Source: Eledone cirrhosa
Taxonomy: Eukaryota
Direction of reading: 5' to 3'
NCBI GenBank assembly: GCA_964016885.1
Contig: OZ024748.1
Coordinates: forward strand, 9,734,001-9,798,000
DNA length: 64,000 bases
Shown here: positions 1 through 14,720 of the stretch, piece by piece
Position numbering within the stretch: position 1 is the stretch's first letter
How the letters are laid out: each line of letters opens with the position of its first letter
Position numbers and translations under genes: made by a program
Notes under the pieces: generated by a model
Told to the model about the DNA's origin: nothing
The model's input: only the letters and a program-made list of their open reading frames with translations
Databases searched by the model: none

Positions 1-376
1 TAATTTTTTAAAAATATCTTGATATACGAATTTCTTTTGTTTGTTCATTTTTCTGGCATGGGTTGGATAAGTTGTCATGGTCCAACACTAAGTGGGTTAT
101 TAAACAACATCTCATTCCTATGAAGCAGTATTTTTATAGCTGTTTGCCCTTCACAACGATGTAGTCTTAGGTTTTATCCCATGGTGAGAATTTGATAGAA
201 ACTGCATAAAACCTGGCTGTTAGTACAATATAATTTATAATTCCCAGTGTGTATATATATAGATACAAATCCTATGGTCATTCGTGACCGAAGGGTGTCT
301 TCACCTTTTTATATATATAGGCAAAATAATAAAATTATGATATATTAGTTAAACATTTTATGCATTAGGGAAAGTG

Positions 377-412
377 TCTTGATGTTTTGGATGCTACTCC
401 TTCATCAAAAGA
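377..412 (-). ncRNA. Highly degenerate hammerhead of the same family as 10997-11031
   Basis: TCTT-TTGATGA-aGGAgtagcaTCC-AAAAC-ATC-AAGA. Confidence 0.35.
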
Positions 413-1420
413 GAGAAATAAGAAGATAAGAGATACACATACGTACATATATACACATTCATATATACATACGTACATACACACATACATGTATGTATAT
501 ACATATATGTATATATACGCACATACATACATGTGTGTATATAGGGAGATAGATATAGATATGTATATACATATATACACACATACAATATATACATACA
601 TACAATATATACACAAATACGTATATTGTTTGAATAAGATTCTATCAAAACAAATGCCAGACTTGTTAAGCGTGCTACATCAGGTGTTTCAAGTTAGATT
701 ACCTGAACAATATTAAAGATAAGATTACAATGAATTCTTAGGAAGAAACTTCTAGAAAAAAGTCCTTTTTAAAGCAGCAAGTTTCAACACTCAGCTGAAC
801 TTATCATTCTTGAAAAGAACAAAGAAATTGATAAGATATTGGATTATTAAACAATAACAACAACAACAACAATTGTGCAATCTTGTTGGTAATGTTACTT
901 GAGAGAAAAATGACAGTAAATTGGTTCAAATAATAATTTTGTCAGCGTAAAAATAGCACAAAAATAATTTCAATAAAATAGTAAATTATGTTACGTGAAA
1001 TATTTCTAAATTATTTATTGTGTTCCAATAAAAACATTATTTGACTTAACAGAACTGTTAAAGTAGGGGACAAAATGTTTGGTAATGTTTACTTTTGAGT
1101 ATCTGTGTTGTGAGTTCTAATACTATGTCAATGATGATGATGAGATCACACACATGGTAGTTGTGGGTGTCAGGTAAATATAAGATGTAATGTATGAAGA
1201 ATACATTTTCAAAATGGATGAAAAGTGAATGAAAAGCGAAAAGTTGGAAAGTTGACAAAATGGAAAAATTAAAAATTAAAAATTGAAAAAATATAAGAAT
1301 TAGAAGAATATAAAAATGGTGGAGGTCATGGAATATAATGTATGATATATAACACATAAGAGTAGTGAAATATATGAAACAGGTTGTTTTTGATGCTGGG
1401 TTACCCACAGTTAGTGAGGC

Positions 1421-1612
1421 TTAACCTTTACCATTTACCTTTATATTTTCACGATGAAGGCTTTATCTCACATAATATCAAATCTATGAAATTTTGATAT
1501 TATTTATTTTGAGAACAATACCTTAACATAAGTATGAGTGGCCAGTTACAGTCAGTTTGAACAGAAAGAGGTGATAGAATTCTGGCCAAATATGGCTAGT
1601 TTAAAGGGTTAA
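1421..1612. mobile_element. piggyBac-like MITE (TTAA...TTAA)
   Basis: TTAACCTTT...AAAGGGTTAA termini; internal sequence shared with 16099-16301. Confidence 0.6.
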
Positions 1613-2142
1613 GGGGTGGTAGTGGTTGCTGACATAGTCTTGATGGGGAGGGGGGTCGCTACACACACATATATATGACTATCTGCCTAGTGTTGAGGAT
1701 CTTAGCCCTATGTTTGGCAAGTTTTCAATGGTTGGATGCCCTTCATAAAACCAAGCCCTTTATAGAATATACTGGGTACATTTTATCATAGCCCCAGCAG
1801 AAGTGAGTTTAGTATGTGTGGTTAAAAAACAGCTTGGCAACTAAATAATTCCTTAAAATGTTCTCATAGTCGAAATAATGGAAGATGAAGACACAGAACT
1901 ATTAAATACAATGTGTATAACAAAACCATGTGATTACAGAAGACAACACAACAACAAAACAACACGTGATAAACGGCCATATTGAAATAGTTGAGATATT
2001 TCTGAGGAAATGTAAGAGGAATATTCATATCCGGATAAAGATGATTTTATATAAATAACTATTTTATGTCTACATACCAGTAAATATGATACAATGGATG
2101 TTTATTATATATAAAAAGTTATATCTGTATATATACCAGTAA

Positions 2143-2175
<33 letters not shown>

Positions 2176-4128
2176 TACATATATACCACTGACACCAAAC
2201 AACAATATTTTCACTACCAACACCCACCACCATCAGCAGATATCACTAAGGAAAGTTCTACTTAGTCCAATCACTCTACATATTTAAAGCTAACAGATGT
2301 CACATAAAAAACCCCCAATTGTTGTCTTAAATAGTGGACATGTGTTGGTTGGTTTCATGTTTTTTCCATTTCCTTCTGACAACCATTGATAGTTCTTGAT
2401 ATATCGAGGTGACAACTTGGTAGAGTTGTTAGGACATCAGAATGATTTCAGCTTTTTCTTCTGGCTCACAGTCTGAGCTCAAATCCCACAACAGAGGTCA
2501 ACTTTACCTTTCATCCTTACAGGGTTGATAAAATAAAGTACCAGTAACGCACTGGAGTCAATTTAATCAACTTTCACCTCTCCCTTCATTACTAGCCTTG
2601 TGCCTAAATTATAAACTATTATTTATATTGATTAACTATTATTACGGTTATTTACATTGGGATGCACACATTTAAAATTTTCCCAATGTTTTTTTAAACA
2701 AGCACTTGATTATCCAAGTATATTCCACAATTGGTGGGGATAACACTGGGATTCCATATAAGTCCTTCATTACTGACCATTCTCTCCAGCTTCCATTGTC
2801 ACAAGGACACTTCATTGACAAGCTGTGTAATTTCCGACAACACTTAACATGTGACATCACTAACTTTGTTATTTTTAGACAATGGCTTTCTTAGTTATTC
2901 TTTATGGCTGATCTCTCCTCTACACATTACACCACCACCTCTACTACCTACGCTACCATCATCACACCACCACTGCTACCGATACGACCACCATCCCATC
3001 ACCATCACTACTACCTACACCACAACTACCACCAGCACCATCATCACCAATACCACAAAGCATTCTATCTGACAACCTCTCTAATGATGATGATATAACT
3101 GCAGTCACTCCTGCAACTGGCTGCGTATCTCTCTAGAAATATCTTGTGGGCACCATTTTATGCCAGTTACTAAAGTGTGTGTGTGTGCACTGAATGTATA
3201 ATAAGAATAACTATTACCTACATCATTTGGCATACACATTAATTTCTTTTGTGCACAGGTTGTAAACTGTAAGTGCATGTTCAATGATGCACAGCTTAGA
3301 TGGAACACTGCTCACTGCTTTTATAAACTGACTCAAACCGTGCGAGAATTTTGAATAAAGTAAGGTGTGGTGAGACTAAATAATGTTTATTGTTAGAAAC
3401 ATAATACAACTACATACATAACCATTGGTGTGTTATGTAATATATATATAGAGAGAGAGAGAGACGCACACAACCATTGGTGTGTTTTTTTGTTTTTTTC
3501 CTTTACTTGGACTACCTTTTATTTTCAGTATTTATCTTTTGTGATCCTGTCTCTAGTTTTGTATTCCTCTCACCAGCTGAATGTGGGAATATATGATGAG
3601 TTAGTGTATGTTGTAGGTGAGCTTTAAAGTATTTAAAACTCCTGAAGACCTCATCTCAGGTAACATTTCCATACCAAATTACCTCAACTACAGATAACAC
3701 TAAAGTAGTTTGTTAGTTGATATCAACCACAGAATATCTTTTCCTCACCCAAAACAATGAGACAATCGGTCGGCTTAAATAACCAAATTAAAGAAACTAT
3801 TTTTGTTTTCAAAACAACAGATTAAGTTTTCACCAACTGAAGCAAACCCATTTTTCATTCTTTGTTTTTATTGCTCTTGTTGTTGGTAATGATGATGTTA
3901 CTGTTGTTGTTGATAGTGGTGATGGTGTTACTGTTGGTAGTGGTGTTGCTGTTGTTGTTGATAGTGGTGGTGGTGGTGTTACTGATGGTGGTAGTATTGG
4001 TATTGTAAGAATTTTCTACCTATGTTAGTCTTCATTGCTAGGGAGTAGGGTGGTGTCAACCAGATGATCTATATATATATATGTGTGTGACTCCTCCATA
4101 AAATCAGAACGTCAGCAGTCCATCTGAG

Positions 4129-4514
4129 GAAGGAGCCCTGCGAGGTTCAATGGCTATTGCAGTGGGTGTCTGGCCATTGTCCCAGGGGTGCAGAAGGAGC
4201 CCTGCGAGGTTCAATGGCTATTGCAGTGGGTGTCATTGGCCATTGTCCCAGGGGTGCAGAAGGAGCCCTGCGAGGTTCAATGGCTATTGCAGTGGGTGTC
4301 TGGCCATTGTCCCAGGGGTGCAGAAGGAGCCCTGCGAGGTTCAATGGCTATTGCAGTGGGTGTCTGGCCATTGTCCCAGGGGTGCAGAAGGAGCCCTGCG
4401 AGGTTCAATGGCTATTGCAGTGGGTGTCTGGCCATTGTCCCAGGGGTGCAGAAGGAGCCCTGTGAGGTTCAATGGCTATTGCAGTGGGTGTCTGGCCATT
4501 GTCCCAGGGGTGCA
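4129..4514. repeat. GC-rich 64-bp minisatellite, 6 copies
   Basis: Unit GAAGGAGCCCTGCGAGGTTCAATGGCTATTGCAGTGGGTGTCTGGCCATTGTCCCAGGGGTGCA starts at 4129, 4193, 4259, 4323, 4387, 4451. Confidence 0.95.
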
Positions 4515-4999
4515 GCCAAGACATCACCCGACCTAAATGTAGAGTGTTTCACTCTCTCCCCTTCTGTTGCCTAATAAATAGTCCTTCTTTCTCTACTTTC
4601 TTTTAGAACCAGATCTGCCATTCTTTACTCCTCCGACCCCCCCTTTTTTCTTTCATTACTTAATTTTGTTTTTATCTCCTTTTTTAAAAATATTTCCATC
4701 ATTCTATAACTGTTCAATAAATCCAAGGTAATTACCTCCCACTCACCCTAATCAAAGACAAACCATATCAGCTTTTCCTTCCACACCTGTTTCATACAAA
4801 ACATTTGAAAGTAACTTTAAGTAGCAAATGAGGAATTGTCATTATTATCTTATCTCATTTTTCCTGATAATGACATATCTTTCATATACACACACATATA
4901 TACATACATGCATACACACACATATATATGTGTTTGCGTAGATATATATATATATATATATATATACATGCAAATACACACATATATATGTGTTTGCGT

Positions 5000-5033
<34 letters not shown>

Positions 5034-5178
5034 GCACATACACACATATATATATGCATGTATGTTTGAATCAAGAAAAAGAAGAGATGGTATCACATAT
5101 TCAAAATCAGTTTATTTCAATACATCATATATATATGTGTGTATATAAATATGTATGTATATTCATACACACACACAC

Positions 5179-5221
<43 letters not shown>

Positions 5222-5410
5222 AATATGTTTGTATATATTAAAGCCAAAAGTAAAATTTAATAAATATATTAATATCCTAAGTGAAATCGTGTTTGTACAT
5301 GAAAAATACTTGGAGAATTTCTTGTGAGGTTGGCTGGTTGGTTGGTTGGTTGGCTGGTTGGTTGGTTGGTTGGCTTATAAGGTGGTGGTGGTGATGTTAG
5401 AAGGGGTGGA

Positions 5411-5441
<31 letters not shown>

Positions 5442-5528
5442 CACAAATGATTTGATCTGAGATCCAGAGTTTTACAAACCAACTCTTTAGCTGTCTGGTA
5501 ACATCAATATATTCTGACTACCTGTGTT

Positions 5529-7648
5529 GTTATATACCCACTATAGTGTCACTGTTATATACCCACTATAGTGTCACTGTTATATACCCACTATAGTGTC
5601 ACTTTTATATACCCACTATAGTGTCACTGTTATATACCCACTATAGTGTCACTTTTATATACCCACTATAGTGTCACTGTTATATACCCACTATAATGTC
5701 ACTGTTATATACCCACTATAGTGTCACTGTTATATACCCACTATAGTGTCACTGTTATATACCCACTATAATGTCAGTTATATACCCACTATAATGTCAC
5801 TGTTATATACCCACTATAGTGTCACTGTTATATACCCACTATAGTGTCACTGTTATATACCCACTATAGTGTCACTTTTATATACCCACTATAGTGTCAC
5901 TGTTATATACCCACTATAATGTCACTGTTATATACCCACTATAGTGTCACTTTTATATACCCACTATAGTGTCACTGTTATATACCCACTATAGTGTCAC
6001 TGTTATATACCCACTATAGTGTCACTGTTATATACCCACTATAATGTCACTGTTATATACCCACTATAGTGTCACTGTTATATACCCACTATAATGTCAC
6101 TGTTATATACCCACTATAGTGACACTGTTATATACCCACTATAGTGTCACTTTTATATACCCACTATAATGTCACTGGTATATACCCACTATAGTGTCAC
6201 TGTTATATACCCACTATAATGTCACTGTTATATACCCACTATAGTATCTGTTATATACCCACTATAATGCCACTGCTATATACCCACTATAGTGTCACTT
6301 TTATATACCCACTATAGTGTCACTGTTATATACCCACTATAGTGTCACTGTTATATACCCACTATAGTGTCACTGTTATATACCCACTATAATGTCACTG
6401 TTATATACCCACTATAGTGTCACTGTTATATACCCACTATAATGTCACTGTTATATACCCACTATAGTGACACTGTTATATACCCACTATAGTGACACTG
6501 TTATATACCCACTATAGTGTCACTGTTATATACCCACTATAATGTCACTGTAATATACCCACTATAGTGTCACTGTTATATACCCACTATAATGTCAGTT
6601 ATATACCCACTATAGTGTCAGTTATATACCCACTATAATGTCACTGTTATATACCCACTATAGTGACACTGTTATATACCCACTATAGTGTCACTGTTAT
6701 ATATCCACTATAATGTCACTGTTATATACCCACTATTGTATCTGTTATATACCCACTATAATGTCACTGTTATATACCCACTATAATGTCACTGTTATAT
6801 ACCCACTATAGTGACACTGTTATATACCCACTATAGTGTCACTGTTATATACCCACTATAATGTCACTGTTATATACCCACTATTGTATCTGTTATATAC
6901 CCACTATAATGTCACTGTTATATACCCACTATAATGTCACTGTTATATACCCACTATAGTGACACTGTTATATACCCACTATAGTGTCACTGTTATATAC
7001 CCACTATAATGTCACTGTTATATACCCACTATTGTATCTGTTATATATCCACTATAATGTCACTGTTATATACCCACTATAGTGACACTGTTATATACCC
7101 ACTATAGTGTCACTGTTATATACCCACTATAATGTCACTGTTATATACCCACTATTGTATCTGTTATATATCCACTATAATGTCACTGTTATATACCCAC
7201 TATAATGTCACTGTTATATACCCACTATAGTGACACTGTTATATACCCACTATAGTGTCACTGTTATATACCCACTATAATGTCACTGTTATATACCCAC
7301 TATTGTATCTGTTATATACCCACTATAATGTCACTGTTATATACCCACTATAATGTCACTGTTATATACCCACTATAGTGACACTGTTATATACCCACTA
7401 TAGTGACACTGTTATATACCCACTATAGTGTCACTGTTATATACCCACTATAATGTCACTGTTATATACCCACTATTGTATCTGTTATATATCCACTATA
7501 ATGTCACTGTTATATACCCACTATAATGCCACTGCTATATACCCACTATAGTGTCACTGTTATATACCCACTATAGTATCTGTTATATACCCACTATAGT
7601 GTCACTATTATATACCCACTATAATGTCACTGTTATATACCCACTATT
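5529..7648. repeat. 25-bp tandem satellite (~85 copies)
   Basis: Unit GTTATATACCCACTATAGTGTCACT with recurrent variants. Confidence 0.97.
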
Positions 7649-7649
7649 G

Positions 7650-8597
7650 AAACCCTGATGTGTCTGTATGAGCCTCCGATAAATGGTGCTAAGACAAAAC
7701 CATTCAATATGGGAGTCGGACTCCGCCAAGGTTACATGCCATCACTTCTCCTGTTCATTACTATCATCAATATGACTGTTGAATGTGGTATCACGACTGG
7801 CAGGTGTGAAATCAGTGAACAGAAATTGGCAGACGACATGGTGTTACTTAACTTGACAGAAGGTGATCTCTGACTTGCACTTGATAGGTTTGATGCCGAG
7901 TGCTGCATGGCTGAAATCAGTGCTGAGAAAACATCTCTCAAGGAAGCCTTTGCAGTGCACTCTATATGTTAAAGGAGTTCCATTGAAGCAGGTGAAGAGG
8001 TTCAAGTATCTTGGGACGGTGTTCACGAGTGGTGGAAGACAGGAGGTTGAATTAAGTGCAAGAATGTGCAGTAAGAAGCAGTAATGCACCAGCTGGGGCA
8101 TTTAGTCATCAGAAAAAGAGAAGTAGGTGTAAAAGCCAAACTCGCTATAATTTTGTAATTGTGCCAACCCTTACCTATGGCCAAGAATCTTGGGTAATTA
8201 CAGAAAGAATACGATCACAAAGACAAGCGGCCGAAATGGGGTTCCTCCGAAAGTCCTTTGGAGTAATGTTACTCGATAAAGTGCGTAGCTCGGAGATCAG
8301 AAAGTCACTCCAGGTAGAACTGCTACTTCTCTGGATAGAGAGATCACAGCTCCGATACTATGGACATATGGTCAGAATGTCTCAGGAAAGAATCACTGGA
8401 CAGATTTTACGGGCAAAACTGACCGGCAGGAGAACCAGGAGTAGACCCTGAACAAAATGGTCGGATAACATCCATGAGCTTGGCTGGTCTCGCTTGGAGA
8501 TCCAGCCGGATCAGTTGGAGAAAGTTTCTGGAAGGAGTGTTTGAGGACTTTGTCGACCCGTCCAGGAATATGTGGGCGAAGAAGGAGAGAAGAGAGA
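7650..8597 (+). mobile_element. 5'-truncated RTE-clade LINE, frameshifted RT C-terminus
   Basis: ADDMVLL, VKRFKYLG, PTLTYGQESW, QLRYYGHMVRM; ends in a (GAA)-rich tail. Confidence 0.85.
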
Positions 8598-10025
8598 AAA
8601 TAAATAAAACAGTTTTTAAAGTAATTCTTTAAAAAAAAGAATATTCTCGAAAACGTTTAAAATATTTCATTATAAATTTGGTTGTATTGTTGATCGGTAG
8701 ATTTAAAAAAATAAAATTGTTCTTTGTTGTTGCTTGTGTTTAAAGGCGGGTAGAAATGTTTGAAAAAATTGTTTGTGAGTCTACGTGTGTGTGTGTCTGT
8801 AAATCTATATACTATATCCATGTGTATATGTAAATCTATATACTATATCAATATAGTGTGGTGGAAGGGGGGAACTAGTTGTGTAAGGATCAATGATTTT
8901 GTCGTCTGTGAATATTACGTAAGTTGTCAAACTTTTAGAAAGTTTCAGCCAGTTGTTTTTTCTAAATAAGAATTATCGAAATAACTTTTTATCTGAGTTT
9001 GTGAAATTATATTTAGATTATAATATATTATATTTATATTTAAATTTATATATTTAATGTCTGCCACGAGTTGACACTGGAGATAGAAGAAAGATAGAGA
9101 GAGAAAAAAGAAGAAAGATAGAGAGAAAGCAATAGACAGAGAAAAGGAGGGGAAAGAGTTTAAGAAATATAGTAAGAGTGACATTACTAGAGAGAGGAGA
9201 AGGATATAGAGAGAACGATAGTTACATAAACACACACCTGTATATGGGTGTATATATATATGGGTATTTATATATGTGTATATACAGGGTGCCCCCCAAA
9301 AATGTATACACATGTATATTAGAATGCTGTTGAAGTGTGTATATATATATATATATATATATGTGTGTATGTGTGTAGACAGACAGTCAGATAAATAAAT
9401 ATATCAACAAACCATGACCAACTGACCAGTCAACTGAATGTCATCAACCCATTCCCCTCTTGTCACCTATCTAGTGGCAAATAAAAGAAACATATCTATT
9501 GTCAATCTTACACCCATCGTCAAACGACGAACCCCTCAGTTGTATTTCAATGTAATATAGATATATATATCCGGATGTATGCATGTGACTGTGTGTAGTT
9601 TCTCTCTCACACACACACACACACACACTCTCACTCTCACAGTGACACTAACACACATACACAGTGACACTGACAGACACACTCTCACTCTCACAGTGAT
9701 ACTAACACTGACACATACATATACAAGATCACACTTCGTATTGGGTCACAAACATTTTTGACTTTAGTGAGAGAGCAATATTGACGAGTTTGTCTTTTAT
9801 TTTAGTTAACTCATTGTTGTATTTTTTACTGGATTGTTGTTGTTGTTATATTTGAGAGAAAGGGAGAGAGAGAGAGGGGAACCATAACAACATCAATAAC
9901 AATAATTATCGAATTAATGAACAACATAAAAGTTCCACCGATTTATAACATCAATATATAAACAATAATAATAGTTACTGTTAGCAGACAAGTGCCTGTC
10001 TGTGTTTATATTACACACACACACA

Positions 10026-10915
<890 letters not shown>

Positions 10916-10996
10916 TATAAGTAAAAAGTAAACAAAAACAAACAATACAGTACAATGAAGAACTATATTAGTTTAAAACTTGATATAGTAGGAAAA

Positions 10997-11031
10997 TCTT
11001 TACGTTTGGACTCTAGTCCTTCATCAGAAGA
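10997..11031 (-). ncRNA. Degenerate minimal hammerhead (Penelope pLTR remnant)
   Basis: TCTT-CTGATGA-aGGACtagaGTCC-(G missing)AAAC-GTA-AAGA. Confidence 0.5.
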
Positions 11032-12739
11032 TAGAATGAGAAGATGAAGGAAAAAGATTCTCTGAGAAACAGCATGTGTATTGAGCTAGCCATTCTACAC
11101 ACACACACATGTATAAATAAGAGAGGAGACCACAAATCGTGAGAGTACTCAACAGATGGGAAGAAGCAGAGTAGGTATAGAGAGAAGTATAAACCTGATC
11201 GCAACGCCAAGTAAGCCTTTTACAAGGGTGTACTGAACACAAGCTGAAACTGCTTGGCATCCTGTTGGTTTATCTCTTCCTCTATACATGTATATATATA
11301 TACACATAAACATGTATATAATAAGCACACACCCTCTCTCCTCTCTTTCTCTAGAAGAAATCTGCTGTGATCAGATTTCGTAAGATGGCGAACCGCCAGG
11401 TTTAAGAGTGCCCTATCTCCCAATGGTATCCCTATGTCTCCATCAGGAGTTGCTGGTCCATACATACACACATGTATACATATGTAAGTGTCTAATGGTA
11501 CTAAGATATGAATGCCTTTTACAGTTAATGTGATGTGATAAATAAATATATACACCAGGTCTGTACACAATAGAACCAAATTCCCACTGTCACTGCTCTC
11601 GTTATTATGAGCAAATAGAGGCCCAGGTGCTGGCTGCCCTGCATACTTATATTGTGGCTCCATCTCAGTTTCAAGAATTGCCATCACTTGACTTTTTAGC
11701 CCTTCAAAGGACTTAGATTCCTTTCTGCATATGCTGCAATCGAAAGAAAAAACCATGTTCCCACAACACACATCAAAGTTGTTTAGATCAAGTGATGTCT
11801 GTACATGAAACTTTCTCAAGTGATAAAAGTCCCTGAACTGAACCAATCCCACTCTGAACAACAGTGACAGTTCCAAGAAGAACAGGTCAACATTTGTGGA
11901 TGCTGTTGAGTCGTAATCCATATTTCAACGTGTTGATGGATTTTGCAGGCGATAAAAGCTACTGGGGTCAATACTGGGTTTACTATTGTTTACCAGGGGG
12001 CATCTTCCTGCCAAAAATTTTTTTTTACTTCCTTCAGGGCCCAAGTAAGGGGCCTCATAACTTAACTAGTACAGGGCCTCATTTGTCCTAAATCCAGCAC
12101 TGACTGGGGTACTTAACATGATTATAACAGACCCAGTACTTGACTGGTACTTATTTTATTGATCCTAAAATGATAAAAGTCAAAGTTGACCCCACACAAT
12201 TATGGACATGGGTCTTCTCCCTCATTTTACATTTAAAAAAAAAAGTTAAATATGAATTGTGTTTATTATATACAAATATATAAATTGGGGGTAAATTTAT
12301 AGAAAGTCACCCCCATTAATTCCAGTGGGAAATAATTTTGTTTCTCAAAAAATTTTTTTTTTTCCTCATGTGCTATCAATTAAACTTACTCCCTAATATA
12401 GTCCGAAGGACTTTTTTCCCCCGGAAAACGGGTTATGAATAAATAAAATTCTGGAGGGGGGGGGGGTCCAAGGAGCCCTTTCTCCCCTCCATTTGCCGTG
12501 GAAAAAAGTCTCCTGTAGTCTAATAATACCAAATTGTGTTTTTAAAGATTGTGTTTATCAGTAATTAATATATAACATGTAATGTATATATAACATGTAA
12601 TGTATGTATAATATGTAATGTATGTATAACAATGGTTAGTTCTTCTTTTCTTGTTTATAAATTCATTTAATATTATATACAATCTACCTATGAGGCATGA
12701 TGTAGTGGTCAAAACACTATACAATGAAACCTATTGAAA

Positions 12740-13200
12740 GAATAGCCCCAACAATAAATATATTAGAAGTTACAGCAATGTGGAGGACATAAACATATAT
12801 AATATGAAGAAATACTGGTGGAATGTTCCATTTAAAACCCCACTAAAACACAAACATTACAGACCAGACATAGTGATATGGGACAGAGGAAAGAAGGCAT
12901 ATTTAGTAGTGGACGTTAGCTGCCCAACAGATGTCAATATAATGCTAAAGATTGGTGAAAAGGAAAGCATTTATGCTGAACTAATGAGGAATCTGCAGAT
13001 ACTCCACCCTGTCTATACCTTCAGATTTATACCTGATTATTGGTGCACTGGGATATGTTACTAACTGCTTCAGTATAAATCTTGAGAAGCTGGACTTCAC
13101 AGAACCAGAAAAATCACGGCTAATTAGGACGTTACAAGTACAATCCATTAATGGAACAATAAAAATATGTAAAACATTTCAGAAGTTCAGCATGTAATAA
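12740..13200 (+). mobile_element. R4/Dong-type non-LTR retrotransposon 3' fragment (restriction-like endonuclease)
   Basis: YWWN...HYRPDIVIWD...VVDVSCP...EKESIYAEL...F(I)P then, after a frameshift, IIGALGYV. Confidence 0.8.
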
Positions 13201-14094
13201 CTACATATACACATGTATAGACACAGAATCATATGTACATATATACATATAACTCAAAACATGCAGGTCCACATAGAGACATACATATATATTTATCTAG
13301 TTGATGGTGTCTAAATTCCAATGAAAGAGTTTTGTTTCTATGTTAGAAACCGACTCTCTTTCTATTGGTGAACATTTATAAAATAATAAAACCATAACAT
13401 ACATACATAAATATATACATACACACACACGCATATATACACACACAATGGCTGCCTCTCGGTTTCTAGGATTGCCATCCCATGATCTTTTTCTCATACA
13501 TGGGTGGCAAGAACTTGACTTTTTATCCCTACCAAGGACTTAGATTCCTTTCAGCATATACTGCAGCGAAAGAAAAGGCCATGTTCATGCAACACACGTG
13601 AAAGTTGTTTAGCTCAAGTGATGTCTGTACTTGAAACTTTCAAAGGCCTTGCACTGGACCAATCCCTCTCTGAACAATGGTGACAATTATGCCAAAAGAA
13701 GAACAGGTCAACATCATTGGATATTATGTTAAGAGTTCATTATATGTATCTTTAGTTAGAATCTTTCTCTTACTCGTATTTGTCTTACTGACTCTACTGA
13801 TGTCAACCAACAACTTGCACAATTTCAAATTTCATCTTTAAACATCTAGATGACACGCACAGCTTTTCTACTGTGTTTTCAATTAAATTCTTCCATGTAC
13901 CATAGTTTTTGGCGCTTAAAATACACCCCTCATTCGCCACCCCTACCAAATGAAATGACGTCATGCTAATATGACGAAGTAATTAGACAAACGAATCCCC
14001 AAAATCTTCAGTTTCAATTCCTCTTATTTTACGGTATATCTCAGCTTTATATTTCATTCTGGGGGTGATTACACGAGAAACTCAACTATTGTAG

Positions 14095-14720
14095 TAATAA
14101 TGGTTTGTAATCTAAGTACAAGGCCAGCAATTTGGTGGGGAAGGGGAGACGAAAGATGATTTAAATTGACCCCCAGTTTGTTACTGGTACTTTATTTTAT
14201 CAACCCCAGTACCATTACTGGTACTTTATTTTATCAACCCCGGTAATTACTGGTACTTTATTTTATCAACCCCAGTACATTACTGGTACTTTATTTTATC
14301 AACCCCATATTATATCAACACCAGTATATTACTGGTACTTTATTTTATCAACCCCAGTATATAACTGGTACTTTATTTTATCAACCCCAGAAGGATGAAA
14401 AGCAAGGTTGGCCCTGGTAGGGTCCCATAGATGTCTCAATGATTTTGCCAATCCTATTATAATAATTGTTTCTACTTTTGGCACAAGGCCAGCAACATAC
14501 CCCAGTGCATTACTGGTACTTTATTTTATCAACCCCGTAAGGATGAAAGGCGGGATTTGAACTCAGAATGGCAAGGGCCGTAATTCTATGCGTCAAAGCA
14601 TGGCGTCCGACCCTCTACCGATACTGCCAATCCACCGCCCTATTATAATAATGGTTTCTAATTTAGGCACAAGGCCAGCAATCTGTGGGGGTTGTGTTAA
14701 ATTGATCACAAGTACTTGAC
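14095..14720 (-). mobile_element. Cluster of SINE copies (same family) with internal ~30-bp tandem amplification
   Basis: Repeated ttactggtactttattttatcaacccc at 14182-14390; near-complete copy at 14464-14640. Confidence 0.8.

Noticed and set aside
365-716. Numerous Y/I/C/V/H/T-rich ORFs here and at ~4.8k, 10k, 14.7k, 29.6k, 31.6k, 43.5k, 48.7k and 57.6k
   Set aside because: Translations of (TA)n/(CA)n/(TATG)n microsatellites and minisatellites, not genes.
2680-2890. Short ORFs with faint RT-like residues
   Set aside because: Too decayed to assign; probably an old LINE fragment.
4150-4574. Cys-rich ORFs in all three frames
   Set aside because: Product of a 64-bp tandem repeat cycling through frames; no splice or homology support.
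5529-7648. CRISPR-like appearance and a GTGACACTATAG match to the SP6 promoter core on the minus strand
   Set aside because: No unique spacers, no cas genes, eukaryotic context. The SP6 match is only 12 nt inside a variable satellite with no vector sequence.
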